64,000 nt of DNA, taken from assembly GCA_041304605.1 (NCBI GenBank), contig JBFYNB010000001.1, positions 9,469-73,468 on the forward strand. The letters are read 5' to 3'. Of this stretch, positions 8,886 through 17,732 are shown piece by piece. Every line of letters begins with the position of its first letter. The first letter of the stretch is position 1. The position numbers and the translations under genes were made by a program. Below the pieces are notes generated by a model. The model was given only the letters and a program-made list of their open reading frames with translations, had not been told where the DNA came from and did no database searches. Source of the DNA: Methanomassiliicoccales archaeon. GTDB lineage: Archaea > Thermoplasmatota > Thermoplasmata > Methanomassiliicoccales > UBA472.

Positions 8886-8988
8886 CGCGTACCATGGTGG
8901 TGGATAGTGTGGATGATTCCAGATTCGTCGTCCGACAACCCGATGTCTTATCTATAGGCAAAGGATATTGGATGATGAGGTAAAACAC

Positions 8989-9267
8989 ATGGTTAGCCTG
9001 AACGATCTGATCGAGGAGCTCGACTGCACCCTGGAGGACTTTTTAGACCAGGTAACCCTGGCCATCGACCTTCTTGAGGAAGGCGAGCAGGAAGAGGCCG
9101 TTGAGGTATTGAAGGGGCTGGAAGAGGACCTCTTCGACTTCCTTGGATACGAAGAGATGGAAGAGGGAGAGGGCGAGGAAGAGGCCGAGGAAGAGGCCGA
9201 GGAAGAGGAAGAAGTGGTAGAAGAGAAGAAGCCCAAGAAGGCCCCGGCCAAGAAGGGAAAGAAGTAA
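8989..9267 (+). CDS. Small hyper-acidic protein (92 aa) with a lysine-rich C-terminal tail; function unknown
   Basis: Track ORF 8968..9267 (TTG). The ATG at 8989 is preferred because GAGGT (8977-8981) lies 7 nt upstream. Sequence MVSLNDLIEELDCTLEDFL...EEGEGEEEAEEEAEEEEEVVEEKKPKKAPAKKGKK. Good GC3 bias. Confidence 0.65.
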   Translation: MVSLNDLIEELDCTLEDFLDQVTLAIDLLEEGEQEEAVEVLKGLEEDLFDFLGYEEMEEGEGEEEAEEEAEEEEEVVEEKKPKKAPAKKGKK

Positions 9268-9282
9268 GGCCGCCCAGCGGCC
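9268..9282. terminator. GC hairpin GGCCGC-CCA-GCGGCC between convergent genes (acidic protein and serS)
   Basis: Perfect 6-bp inverted repeat read from the sequence, immediately after stop codon 9265-9267. Its role as a terminator is inferred. Confidence 0.4.
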
Positions 9283-9301
9283 CATAAACCGTTTACCTTT
9301 C

Positions 9302-10573
9302 CTATTCTATCAGTTCCTGTCCCTGCATGTAAGGCCTGAGCACCTTGGGTATGCGGATGCGCCCTTCGCGGTCCTGATTGTTCTCCATTATGGAGACCAT
9401 GGTCCTCGGCAGCGCCAGTCCGGAACCGTTCAGGGTGTGCACGAACTCGCTCTTCAGGTGCGGTTCCGGGCGGTACTTGATACGGGCCCGGCGGGCCTGG
9501 AAATCGGTGAAGCAACTGCATGACGAAACCTCAAGCCAGCTCCCGGTGCCAGGGGCATGCGATTCCAGGTCGTAGGTCTTGGCGGAAGCGAAGCCCATGT
9601 CTCCCGTGCACAGCAGGAGAGTACGGAACGGTAGCTCCAGCCCGCGCAGGACATCCTGGGCGTCGTTGAGCAGCGTTTCCAGTTCCTGGAACGAGCCGTC
9701 GGGGAGAACGAACTTCACGAGCTCCACCTTGTTGAACTCGTGCACCCGGATCATCCCTTTCATCTCGGCGTGCCTCCCGGCCTCCCGCCTGAACGAGGGC
9801 AGGTAAGCGGTGTAGTAGATGGGCAGATCTTCCTTGCTCAGTATGTCGTCCTGCAGCAGGTTGGTGACCGGGACCTCTGCCGTCGGGTTGAGCCAGAGGT
9901 CATCCCTTTCGCACCAGTACATGTCGTCCTTCATCTTCGGGTACTGTCCGGTGCCGATCACCGCGGCCCGGTTCACGACGACCGGAGGGAACACTTCGGT
10001 GTAACCCTGCTGGTGATGCAGGTCCAGCATGTAGTTGATCAGAGCCCTTTCCATTCGCGCGCCGTCGCCCTTCAGCACGAAGAAGCCGCTGCCGGCGACC
10101 TTCACTCCGCGCTGGAAGTCGATTATGTCCAGGTCCTCGCCCAGGGCGATGTGGTCCTTGGGCTGGAAGTCGAACTTGGTGACCTTGCCGTGCTCCATGA
10201 CCATGCGGTTCTTCTCATAGCAGTCGCCTATAGGCACGGTGTTATGCGGAACGTTCGGGATCAGCAGAAGGACCTCGTCCCGCTGGGCCTCGAGATCGGC
10301 GACATTGGTCTCCAGGTCGCTTATGCGCGTGGCCACGTTCTTCATCTCCGCCACCGCTTCGGCCTTCTCCTTCCCGCCGAGCTTGGCGATGCGCAGGGAG
10401 GCCTCGTTCCTCTGCTTCCTGAGCCGGTTGCCCTCCTCCACCGCCGCCCGCCAGGCCTGGTCCAGTTCCAGGAACCTGTCCAGCACGTCATCGCTGTAGT
10501 TGCGGTTCCTGAGCATGGTCCGAATCGCTTCGGGGTTGTCCCTGATCACGCTGACGTCCAACACTACGCTCAC
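9302..10573 (-). CDS. serS: Seryl-tRNA synthetase (standard bacterial/archaeal type)
   Basis: Track ORF, 423 aa. N-terminal coiled-coil arm. Class II motifs FRREAGRH and TLNGSGLALPRT. GTG start at 10573 (alternative GTG at 10564). Confidence 0.9.
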   Translation of the reverse strand: MSVVLDVSVIRDNPEAIRTMLRNRNYSDDVLDRFLELDQAWRAAVEEGNRLRKQRNEASLRIAKLGGKEKAEAVAEMKNVATRISDLETNVADLEAQRDEVLLLIPNVPHNTVPIGDCYEKNRMVMEHGKVTKFDFQPKDHIALGEDLDIIDFQRGVKVAGSGFFVLKGDGARMERALINYMLDLHHQQGYTEVFPPVVVNRAAVIGTGQYPKMKDDMYWCERDDLWLNPTAEVPVTNLLQDDILSKEDLPIYYTAYLPSFRREAGRHAEMKGMIRVHEFNKVELVKFVLPDGSFQELETLLNDAQDVLRGLELPFRTLLLCTGDMGFASAKTYDLESHAPGTGSWLEVSSCSCFTDFQARRARIKYRPEPHLKSEFVHTLNGSGLALPRTMVSIMENNQDREGRIRIPKVLRPYMQGQELIE

Positions 10574-10574
10574 C

Positions 10575-10865
10575 TTAGAAATCTATGTCTCCCTTGCCTT
10601 CCAGATATTTCCGGTCGCACAGCAGCACGGTGTGACCCACGACCTCAATAAGTACGGAATTGGAACGCTTGGCCAGGTCTTCGGCCACCAGCTTGCGGTC
10701 ATCCTCCACGCTGGGGAGAAGACGCACCTTCACGACCTTCCTGTTCTTGACCTGCTTGGCTATCTCCTCGATAAGGGTGTCGGTTACCCCTTCCTTGCCC
10801 ACGTGCACGGTGGGTCGCAGGCCATGCCCGACCCTCTTAACGTCCTTCATCGTTCTTGGCGGCAT
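10575..10865 (-). CDS. CRS1/YhbY (CRM) RNA-binding domain protein
   Basis: Track ORF 10575..10919, trimmed to ATG 10865 (AAGGAG-like word upstream). Domain sequence GHGLRPTVHVGKEGVTDTLIEEIAKQVKNRKVVKVRL. It overlaps the rnp4 3' end by 19 nt. Confidence 0.75.
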   Translation of the reverse strand: MPPRTMKDVKRVGHGLRPTVHVGKEGVTDTLIEEIAKQVKNRKVVKVRLLPSVEDDRKLVAEDLAKRSNSVLIEVVGHTVLLCDRKYLEGKGDIDF

Positions 10866-11221
10866 GTCCTTCTCTCCTTGATCTCCATAAGATACGGTGT
10901 CCTTCTGATGCTGTCGCATTCCAGGCAGTGGGTGCCTACGCGGTGGTTCCGCAGGCGCACCCGGCAGTTCAATCCTGGAACGAGCGGCGTCGAGCAGTTC
11001 CGGCAGTACATCGCCCCTCGGGGCATGGGCACCTTGTTCCGTCCGGAGATCCGCCTGGCGATGGTCATGTACCTTTTCGCTCTGGCCATGTTGCCACCCA
11101 GGGCCTCCTTCTCCGACAGCCGGACCAGGATGTCCATCCTCTTGCGGGCGATCCCCCGGACCTGATTGTTCGACACCTTCTTCCTGCTCAAAGGATTCTC
11201 CTTCAGGTGCGATAATGCCAT
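10847..11221 (-). CDS. rnp4: RNase P protein component 4 (Rpp21/Rpr2)
   Basis: Track ORF, 124 aa. Basic helical N-terminus and zinc ribbon CRNC...CLEC. Confidence 0.8.
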   Translation of the reverse strand: MALSHLKENPLSRKKVSNNQVRGIARKRMDILVRLSEKEALGGNMARAKRYMTIARRISGRNKVPMPRGAMYCRNCSTPLVPGLNCRVRLRNHRVGTHCLECDSIRRTPYLMEIKERRTCRQER

Positions 11222-11225
11222 CTCG

Positions 11226-11720
11226 TTAAATAGGTTTGTCCGAGCCTAGCTTTCCGCCAGTCCGTTGAACCTGCTCCAGCTGCACGCTCTTGGGCAGGAA
11301 TCCGAACCGGGCGTAGAATGAATGCACCTCTTCATTGCCCACTATGGCCAGGAGGACCTTGCGTTTCACTCCCAACCCATCCATCCATCGAAGCGCCCCC
11401 TCCATTAAGGAGGTGCCGATCCCCGTTCGCCGGTAGGCGGCGGTGACGAATATGGAGTCCACCTCCCCCGTCATGTCCGACCCCACGCTGGAGACGCAGT
11501 ATCCCACCACCCGCCCATCCTCCTCCCTGGCCAGCTCCACCCTCATCAGTCCGCCGGCCGCCTTTTCCAGAAGCTCCTCCCGGCGTTCCTCGAAGCTCTT
11601 TGCTCCCAAGGAGCTCCTGAAATGGGTCGACCTGGCCCTGTGCATCTGCCTCAGTTCCAGCCATAGCGGGCCGATAAGGTCCAGCCCCTCCTCGGTCATG
11701 ACCTCGTGGAGAACGCTCAT
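11226..11720 (-). CDS. GNAT-family N-acetyltransferase
   Basis: Track ORF 11226..12134. The upstream 138 codons are antisense to rpl10e and its promoter, so the start is set at ATG 11720. Acetyl-CoA motif VTAAYRRTGIGTSLM. Confidence 0.75.
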   Translation of the reverse strand: MSVLHEVMTEEGLDLIGPLWLELRQMHRARSTHFRSSLGAKSFEERREELLEKAAGGLMRVELAREEDGRVVGYCVSSVGSDMTGEVDSIFVTAAYRRTGIGTSLMEGALRWMDGLGVKRKVLLAIVGNEEVHSFYARFGFLPKSVQLEQVQRTGGKLGSDKPI

Positions 11721-11861
11721 CTTTTGACAGATATCCTCATATGCAAGAAGCTTTTTCCCTCTGGTCAGCGAGATATGGCTCACCTTCGCATACATCAGCC
11801 TTATATAGGAAAATATGAATGTAGCCATCCCGTCGCATTGATAGATTACAGGTGATATGAT

Positions 11862-12377
11862 ATGGCCAGAAAGCCGGCAAGGATGTACAGGAGGCTCACG
11901 GGGCAGGCCTACACCCGCAGGGAGTACATGGGTGGAGTTCCAGCCCTGAGGATCAACACTTTCGATCTGGGGACCACCAACGGGGACTTCCCAATTACCA
12001 TCAACATGAAGGTCAAGGAGACCTGCCAGATCAGGCACACCGCCATGGAGGCCGCCCGTATCGCCGCCAACAAGGTGATGTCCAAGACCCCCGGCAGCAA
12101 CTATCACATCAAGTTCAGGATATATCCGCACCACGTGCTAAGGGAGAACAAGCTCGCCACCGGCGCCGGTGCCGACCGTGTCTCCAGCGGAATGAGGAAC
12201 GCTTTCGGCAAGAACATAGGCACCGCCGCCCGCGTTCACGCCGGCCAGGTCGTCCTCACCATCAGGGTACCAGCTGCCAACTTCAAAAGCGCCAAGGAGG
12301 CCCTGTGGAAGGCTTCCCTGAAGCTGCCCACCCCCTGCTTCATCGAAGTGGAGAAGGGCGCTGAGCTTGTGAAGTGA
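11862..12377 (+). CDS. rpl10e: 50S ribosomal protein L10e (uL16)
   Basis: Track ORF, 171 aa. MARKPARMYRRLTGQAYTRREYMGGVP is a typical archaeal L10e N-terminus. A TATA-like TTATATAGG lies upstream. Confidence 0.95.
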   Translation: MARKPARMYRRLTGQAYTRREYMGGVPALRINTFDLGTTNGDFPITINMKVKETCQIRHTAMEAARIAANKVMSKTPGSNYHIKFRIYPHHVLRENKLATGAGADRVSSGMRNAFGKNIGTAARVHAGQVVLTIRVPAANFKSAKEALWKASLKLPTPCFIEVEKGAELVK

Positions 12378-12416
12378 AACCCCACTTCAAAATCCCTTCT
12401 TTTTCTTCACTTTTCT
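12370..12416 (+). terminator. Hairpin TGAAGTG-AAACCC-CACTTCA followed by T-rich tracts (CTTCTTTTTCTTCACTTTTCT)
   Basis: Perfect 7-bp stem spanning the rpl10e stop codon, followed by T5 and T4 runs. Oligo-T tracts are archaeal termination signals. Confidence 0.6.
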
Positions 12417-12461
12417 GCAAGCATTATTTATCCATGACCCTTTTACAAGTCGAGGTGTAGT

Positions 12462-13751
12462 TTGGACGCCGACACTCTGTTCCTGGCCGCCGGTGCCGTC
12501 ATCTTCATGGGTTTCATATCCAACTACCTTTTCCGCCGGTTCAAGGCGCCCGATGTATTGATCCTCATGGTGCTCGGCATAGCCCTCGGACCGGGGGGGA
12601 TCGGGCTTATCAACTCCGAGGCGGCCCTGGGCATCGAGACATTGACGCCTTACGTGGCCGCGGCGGCTCTGGCCATCATAATGTTCCAGGCCGGAATGGA
12701 CCTGGCCATCGGCGATGTCGTCAAATCGTTCAGCAAATCATTGATCCAGACGGTCATCGCCTTCGTGGCCTCCATGCTCATTACCGCTCTAATATTGAGC
12801 TACCTCACCGACTGGGGTCTGGAGACATGCCTCCTGCTAGGGGCGATCGTGGGTGGGACCAGCGGCGCCATAGTCATACCCATAATATCGAGTCTGAAGA
12901 TATCCACCAAGCTCAAGATGGTCCTGACCCTGGAATCGGCCATCACTGACGTTCTGGTGATAGTGGTGGCCACATCCGTGATAGTCTTCATGAGCCAGGA
13001 GAATGCGTCCATCTTGGGGGCGGTGGAGCTACTGGTCAGCTCTTTCATGGTCTCCACCATGATCGGGATAATCTCCGGCATAATATGGACCAAGATCCTG
13101 CAGCGGCTCAGCAGGCAGCCCTACTCCTATATGATCACCATAGCCGCCATGCTGCTGGTGTTCTCCGTGACAAACTTCCTGGTGGATAGGGCCGGCGGCG
13201 GGGCGATCGCCGTACTGGTCTTCGGGCTCACCATCGGCAACTGGGACGAGATCTCCAAGGTGCTGAAGCAGAGGGGGGAGCAGTACGCCCTGGGCGACAA
13301 GGTGAAGCGCTTCCACGACGAGATAGCATTTCTAATCCGCACCATCTTCTTCGTTTACCTGGGGCTGGTGGTCACCACCATACAGTTCACGGCCTGGTAC
13401 ATCCTGCTTGGTCTGATCGTTTTCTTCGGACTGCTCATCGCCCGCTACATATCCCTGTTGCTGGCCAACCGGTACATAGGGCTGGACGCCAGCGATGAGA
13501 TGGGGCTGTTCTACATGATGCCCCGCGGTCTGGCGGCGGCGGTCATGGCCTCCATTCCATTCTCCTATCCCCTGGTGTTCAGCAACGAGACGGCCACGGC
13601 CATTCTCGGTGTGACGGTGGTCGTGGTCCTGTTGTCAACTGTACTGGCGTCGATAGGCGCGTTCTACATGGAGATCCACGCCAAACGCAACGGACGGATC
13701 GCCGTGGCCGAGGTCGACGCACCTACGGAACAGGAAGAAGGCGGGGTGTGA
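12462..13751 (+). CDS. Cation:proton antiporter (CPA1 / NhaP-type Na+/H+ exchanger)
   Basis: Track ORF, 429 aa. Polytopic membrane protein with an exchanger-like helix pattern. TTG start with GAGGTG 5 nt upstream. Confidence 0.75.
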   Translation: MDADTLFLAAGAVIFMGFISNYLFRRFKAPDVLILMVLGIALGPGGIGLINSEAALGIETLTPYVAAAALAIIMFQAGMDLAIGDVVKSFSKSLIQTVIAFVASMLITALILSYLTDWGLETCLLLGAIVGGTSGAIVIPIISSLKISTKLKMVLTLESAITDVLVIVVATSVIVFMSQENASILGAVELLVSSFMVSTMIGIISGIIWTKILQRLSRQPYSYMITIAAMLLVFSVTNFLVDRAGGGAIAVLVFGLTIGNWDEISKVLKQRGEQYALGDKVKRFHDEIAFLIRTIFFVYLGLVVTTIQFTAWYILLGLIVFFGLLIARYISLLLANRYIGLDASDEMGLFYMMPRGLAAAVMASIPFSYPLVFSNETATAILGVTVVVVLLSTVLASIGAFYMEIHAKRNGRIAVAEVDAPTEQEEGGV

Positions 13752-14746
13752 ACATGGACCTTCAGATTGATAGGGCGATATCCGAGGTCCGTTCGAGGGA
13801 GGCCAAGCTCGTTGGTCTGCAGATGCCCGAGGGCCTGAAGACCAAGGCCAGGGACTTCGCCAATGAGCTGGAGGAGGCCACTGGCTGTCAGGTCGTTATA
13901 CTGGGCGATCCCTGCTACGGGGCCTGCGACCTGAGGCCCCTGAAAGGATTGGACCTTCTGGTGCACGTCGGCCACGCTCCCATTCCCGATCTGCGCCCGA
14001 GCATCCCGACGGTCTTCCTGGAGGTCCGTATGGACTTCGATGCCACGGAGGCCTTGCTGATGAACATGGACAGGATCAAGGCCAAGGTGGGGCTGGTGGC
14101 CACTGCCCAGCATGTGCATCTTCTTCCGGTGGTGCAGAGCTTTCTGGTCGCCGAGGGAAGGGCGGTCCACATCGGTAACGGCGATTCCCGGATCGCGCTT
14201 CCAGGCCAGGTTCTGGGATGCAACGTCACCTCCGCGCTCAACGTCATGAAGGACGTGGATCAGTTCATTTTCCTGGGAAGTGGCTACTTCCACCCTCTCG
14301 CCGTCTCGCTTGGAACCGGGCTCCCGGTCCTGTGCATCGACCCTTACCGGGGAGCGGTGGACGATATCTCAGCGGCTAGGGAGAAGGTCATCAGGCAAAG
14401 GTACGCGGCGATGGCTAAGGCCATGGATGCCAAGGATTGGCTGGTGCTGCTGTGCGACAAGCCCGGTCAGAGGAGATACGAGCTGGCGGTTAGATGCCGG
14501 GACGCTCTCCGGAAAAAGGGGATGAGGGCGGACATCGTCCAGCTCAATGAGGTCAGGGCGGAGGCTCTTCTGCCGTACCGGGCGGAAGCGGCGGTGAGCA
14601 CCGCCTGTCCGCGTCTGGCGATCGATGACGGTCCGCATTACCCCATTCCGCTCCTGACCCCCTGGGAGATGGAGATGGTGCTCGGGCTTAGGAACATGGA
14701 CGAGTACCAGTTCGACCAGATACTGTCGGGGGATACTCCCGACTAG
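13748..14746 (+). CDS. dph2: Diphthamide synthesis radical-SAM enzyme Dph2 (2-(3-amino-3-carboxypropyl)histidine synthase)
   Basis: Track ORF, 332 aa. LVGLQMPEGLK...VVILGDPCYGACDL is typical of Dph2. GTG at 13748 overlaps the antiporter stop. An ATG at 13754 is an alternative start. Confidence 0.85.
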   Translation: MNMDLQIDRAISEVRSREAKLVGLQMPEGLKTKARDFANELEEATGCQVVILGDPCYGACDLRPLKGLDLLVHVGHAPIPDLRPSIPTVFLEVRMDFDATEALLMNMDRIKAKVGLVATAQHVHLLPVVQSFLVAEGRAVHIGNGDSRIALPGQVLGCNVTSALNVMKDVDQFIFLGSGYFHPLAVSLGTGLPVLCIDPYRGAVDDISAAREKVIRQRYAAMAKAMDAKDWLVLLCDKPGQRRYELAVRCRDALRKKGMRADIVQLNEVRAEALLPYRAEAAVSTACPRLAIDDGPHYPIPLLTPWEMEMVLGLRNMDEYQFDQILSGDTPD

Positions 14747-14747
14747 G

Positions 14748-14757
14748 TTTTATATAT
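14748..14757 (+). promoter_or_regulatory. TATA-like box TTTTATATAT directly after the dph2 stop
   Basis: Seen in the sequence. It would place a transcription start near 14778, where an in-frame GTG exists. Confidence 0.4.
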
Positions 14758-14762
14758 CCAAT

Positions 14763-16394
14763 TTGTTGAGGAGGGACGTGCGGACATCGCCGAACGAAGC
14801 GTCTACGCTGAAGGGCGAGACCGAGCTTTTCTTATCCAAGGGCCTAGCCGATTTTGAGAGAATGCATCTGGGCCTCTTGAAAAAAGAGGTGGAACGGGCG
14901 AAAGCCTCTCCGGTATACGGTCCCGACCTGCCGGACATCAATTCCTGGGAAGACCTGCAAAAGCTTCCGGCCATCGGCTACGATCGCCTGGACGAGGTTT
15001 TTAACACCCACGGGCTGGAAAGGTCCCTTCTGGTCCCCGCCGACCGTTATTATCACACCTCCGGGTACACCGGGGTGTCCAAGCGCATCTATTACAGCGC
15101 CAAGGACATCGAATGGATGGCCCACAGCTATGCGCTCTTCGGTTATATCGTAGGAGCGCGGCCGGGCATGATCGGCTGGAGCATCGCCGGAGAGGAGCCT
15201 CTGGTATCCGGCCCGACGCTTCACAATGCCAGCAAGGTGCTGGGGGCCGATTTTTTGTCGACGCTCTTAGCCCAGGACACCGACCTGCGCAAGGCGGTTT
15301 CCAAAGCTTCCCGATCCAAGCCGTTCGACATCATGGCCGGTACCCCTCTGCTGTTCTACGTTATTGGGCGCATCGCTCACGAGGAGGGCTATTTCCGGAG
15401 CATGATCGAGAGGGCGGCCCGGAACAACTACCATCTGCCGGGACCGCTGGCCAAGCTTACGGCCAGTATTATGCTGGCCGGAATGGACCTGGACCGGCTC
15501 CGGGAGAACATCAGGGCGGTTAAGCTGGCCATCACCTATGCCGAGCCGCTCAGCCCCTACCTGGACTCTCTCATGGAGCTCTATCCGAACATGAAGGCGT
15601 TCGACGTGCTGGGAAGCACCGAGTGCCCTCTGATCGCCTCACAGTACTCGCCAGGCCAGAAAGGCCTGCAGCTCTTTCTGCCAGGAGTCGTCGCCGAGCT
15701 GGCCGACCCCCGAGATGTGCAGAGGTCCAAGAAGGAGAGGACGCCGCTGAAGGCCGTGCCTTGGTCGCGGTGGAAGGCCGGGATGACCGGGGAGCTGATA
15801 ATCAGCCGTCCCGGGGAATGCCTGCCTTTGCTACGCTACGCCACTGGGGACCAGATCGAGGTCTTGGATCCCATGTGCTCCACGGAGATCAGGATGGAGG
15901 AGGGCGTCCGTCATATCGTTTCACCATCCATCCGGGTCATGGGCCGATCGGTGGACACACTGGACTTCGAGGCACAGGACGAGAGCGGCAACTATCTCGG
16001 GTGCAAGATATACTCCCGCCACATCCAGGAGGCGTTGCAGCGTTCCGACAACGTGCGATGGTGGGAACTGTACGACGTCGGCGGCCGTCCGTCGAGGCTG
16101 GTGTTCCTGATCATTCCGGAGAACCCGGTGGAGGACGAGGAAGCCTTCCGCCGCCTGGTGGAGAAGAAGCTGCTCAACGAGTGCAACGACCTGCTTGGAA
16201 CGCTCAGGATGGGCCGGGACCTGGACCGCCTGCAGATCATCTTGGCCAAGCCTTCCGCGTACGTCCACGTGCAATCCGAGATAGATGAGCGGGCCAAGGC
16301 CGGCCGGTCGCTGGGGCAGCTGAAGCCGAAGCACATCTACCGATACGAGGACGAGGCGAAGTTCCAGGAGCGGCTGAGAGGAAGGATGGCCTGA
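14763..16394 (+). CDS. ANL-superfamily adenylate-forming ligase (PaaK / coenzyme F390 synthetase-like)
   Basis: Track ORF, 543 aa. Motifs HTSGYTGVSKR (A3), LGSTECP (A5) and RYATGDQIEV (A8). The start is uncertain: TTG 14763 or GTG 14778. Confidence 0.7.
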   Translation: MLRRDVRTSPNEASTLKGETELFLSKGLADFERMHLGLLKKEVERAKASPVYGPDLPDINSWEDLQKLPAIGYDRLDEVFNTHGLERSLLVPADRYYHTSGYTGVSKRIYYSAKDIEWMAHSYALFGYIVGARPGMIGWSIAGEEPLVSGPTLHNASKVLGADFLSTLLAQDTDLRKAVSKASRSKPFDIMAGTPLLFYVIGRIAHEEGYFRSMIERAARNNYHLPGPLAKLTASIMLAGMDLDRLRENIRAVKLAITYAEPLSPYLDSLMELYPNMKAFDVLGSTECPLIASQYSPGQKGLQLFLPGVVAELADPRDVQRSKKERTPLKAVPWSRWKAGMTGELIISRPGECLPLLRYATGDQIEVLDPMCSTEIRMEEGVRHIVSPSIRVMGRSVDTLDFEAQDESGNYLGCKIYSRHIQEALQRSDNVRWWELYDVGGRPSRLVFLIIPENPVEDEEAFRRLVEKKLLNECNDLLGTLRMGRDLDRLQIILAKPSAYVHVQSEIDERAKAGRSLGQLKPKHIYRYEDEAKFQERLRGRMA

Positions 16395-16451
16395 CCGCGC
16401 TCGCGATGTTCTGGTGAAGCTAATATATCGGTTGGGGCGAATCACCCTTTC

Positions 16452-17219
16452 ATGCTGACCCCCGAGCACATATTCAAAATGGCCGCGGCCAAGCACGCGA
16501 CGGTAGGCATAGGCCTGGGGGAAGATTCTCGCAAGGTTCTGAAGAGCGTCCGCGACGCGGAGAAGAAGGGATACGCCCGCGTGATGACCTTCGATTCCGC
16601 CGAGGGCATGATCACCGCGCTGCGCCGTGGCGAGGTGGACGCGGTGGTGCGCGGGGACCTCAGCGCGAACAAGGCCATGGCCGAGGTGAAGGCCCAGTTC
16701 TCCCTGGGCCACCTTCTGCGGGCGGCCCTGATGCAGCCCAAGGGCGGTCGCATGTTCTTCCTGGCGCCGGTCGGTGTTGACGAGGGATGGGGCGTGGAGC
16801 AGAAACTGGAGTTCATACGTTACTCCGCCCCTCTGTTCCGCCAGCTGGGCATCGGTATGGAGGCCGGGGTGCTATCCGGCGGCCGTCTGGGCGACATCGG
16901 CAGGAGCGCCGAGGTGGACCGCACCATAAAGGAGGCTATCGAGGTCGAGCGGCTTGCCAAAGGGGAGGGTTTCAACGTGGAGCACTGCCAGATCCTGATC
17001 GAGGAGGCGGTGCGCAAGAAGAACCTGGTCCTCGCTCCGGACGGCATCACCGGCAACATAATATTCCGGACCATGCACCTGGTGGACGGTTGCGTGTCCA
17101 TGGGCGCCCCGATACTGAACCTGGATAAGATTTTCATCGACACATCGAGGGCCAAGAGGTGCTATACCGACTCCATCGCCCTGGCCTCCGCCCTGGCCCG
17201 CAGGGAAAATGATTATTGA
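16452..17219 (+). CDS. Phosphate acyltransferase (PTA/PTB)-fold protein, MtxX / methanogen-marker-4-like
   Basis: Track ORF, 255 aa. APDGITGNIIFRTM resembles the PD..GN motif of the PTA/PTB family. The MtxX-like assignment is from memory and needs an HMM check. Confidence 0.5.
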   Translation: MLTPEHIFKMAAAKHATVGIGLGEDSRKVLKSVRDAEKKGYARVMTFDSAEGMITALRRGEVDAVVRGDLSANKAMAEVKAQFSLGHLLRAALMQPKGGRMFFLAPVGVDEGWGVEQKLEFIRYSAPLFRQLGIGMEAGVLSGGRLGDIGRSAEVDRTIKEAIEVERLAKGEGFNVEHCQILIEEAVRKKNLVLAPDGITGNIIFRTMHLVDGCVSMGAPILNLDKIFIDTSRAKRCYTDSIALASALARRENDY

Positions 17220-17249
17220 GTACCGGGGCAATAGGGAAGGGGAGATAAC

Positions 17250-17732
17250 ATGAGATTAGAGATAGACGGGGAGTTCGCGGGGATCAGATTCTCCGCCTGC
17301 CATTTCATAGCTGGGCACAACAAGTGCGGACGCCTGCACGGGCACACCTACGTGGTCAGCCTGAAGCTGCACGGGGACATGGGGAAGGACGGCATGGTCA
17401 TGGACTTCATTCCCCTGAAGAAGGAGCTGCGGGCCATCGCCGAGGAGCTGGACCACCGCGTCCTCATCCCAGCCAATTCCAAGAAGATCACCGTGGTCCT
17501 GGGCGAGGAGGTCTTCATCAAGGCCGACGGCAAGAAGTACGCCCTGCCCAAGGAGGATGTTGTTCTGTTGCCGACCGAAGAGAGCAGCGCCGAGGAGCTG
17601 TGCCATTTCATTCTCGGTAAGGTCCTGGACAACGTGGACTTCCCATCCAACGTCAAGGAGGTCGAGGTGGGCGTTCACGAGGAGCTGGGACAGAGCGCCT
17701 GGGTGAGCAAGAAGCTGGGGGGAAGGAAATGA
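17250..17732 (+). CDS. queD: 6-carboxy-5,6,7,8-tetrahydropterin synthase (PTPS family)
   Basis: Track ORF, 160 aa. CHFIAGHNKCGRLHGHTY metal/His motif. Overlaps queC by 4 nt. Confidence 0.85.
   Translation: MRLEIDGEFAGIRFSACHFIAGHNKCGRLHGHTYVVSLKLHGDMGKDGMVMDFIPLKKELRAIAEELDHRVLIPANSKKITVVLGEEVFIKADGKKYALPKEDVVLLPTEESSAEELCHFILGKVLDNVDFPSNVKEVEVGVHEELGQSAWVSKKLGGRK

Noticed and set aside
9740-10651. Long ORFs antisense to confirmed genes. Examples: 9740-10651 opposite serS, 25451-26479 opposite thrS, 51628-52881 opposite amt, 60314-61267 opposite cooS, 15921-16712 opposite the ligase, plus many 60-250-aa track ORFs.
   Set aside because: This is typical of GC-rich DNA, where stop codons are rare in the antisense frames. 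Their translations are Arg/Pro/Gly/His-rich low-complexity strings with no motifs. The sense partner has clear family signatures in every case.
11721-12134. N-terminal extensions of track ORFs: GNAT 11226-12134, argH to 33757, argG to 34782, thrS to 27469, M42 from 44860, argB from 38593, leuD from 21698, leuB from 22384, radical SAM to 3989, GGR to 2181.
   Set aside because: The extensions overlap neighbouring genes or promoters and lack homology-like sequence. Internal ATG/GTG codons give canonical family N-termini, and most have SD-like words or stop/start overlaps. The starts were trimmed accordingly but remain predictions.
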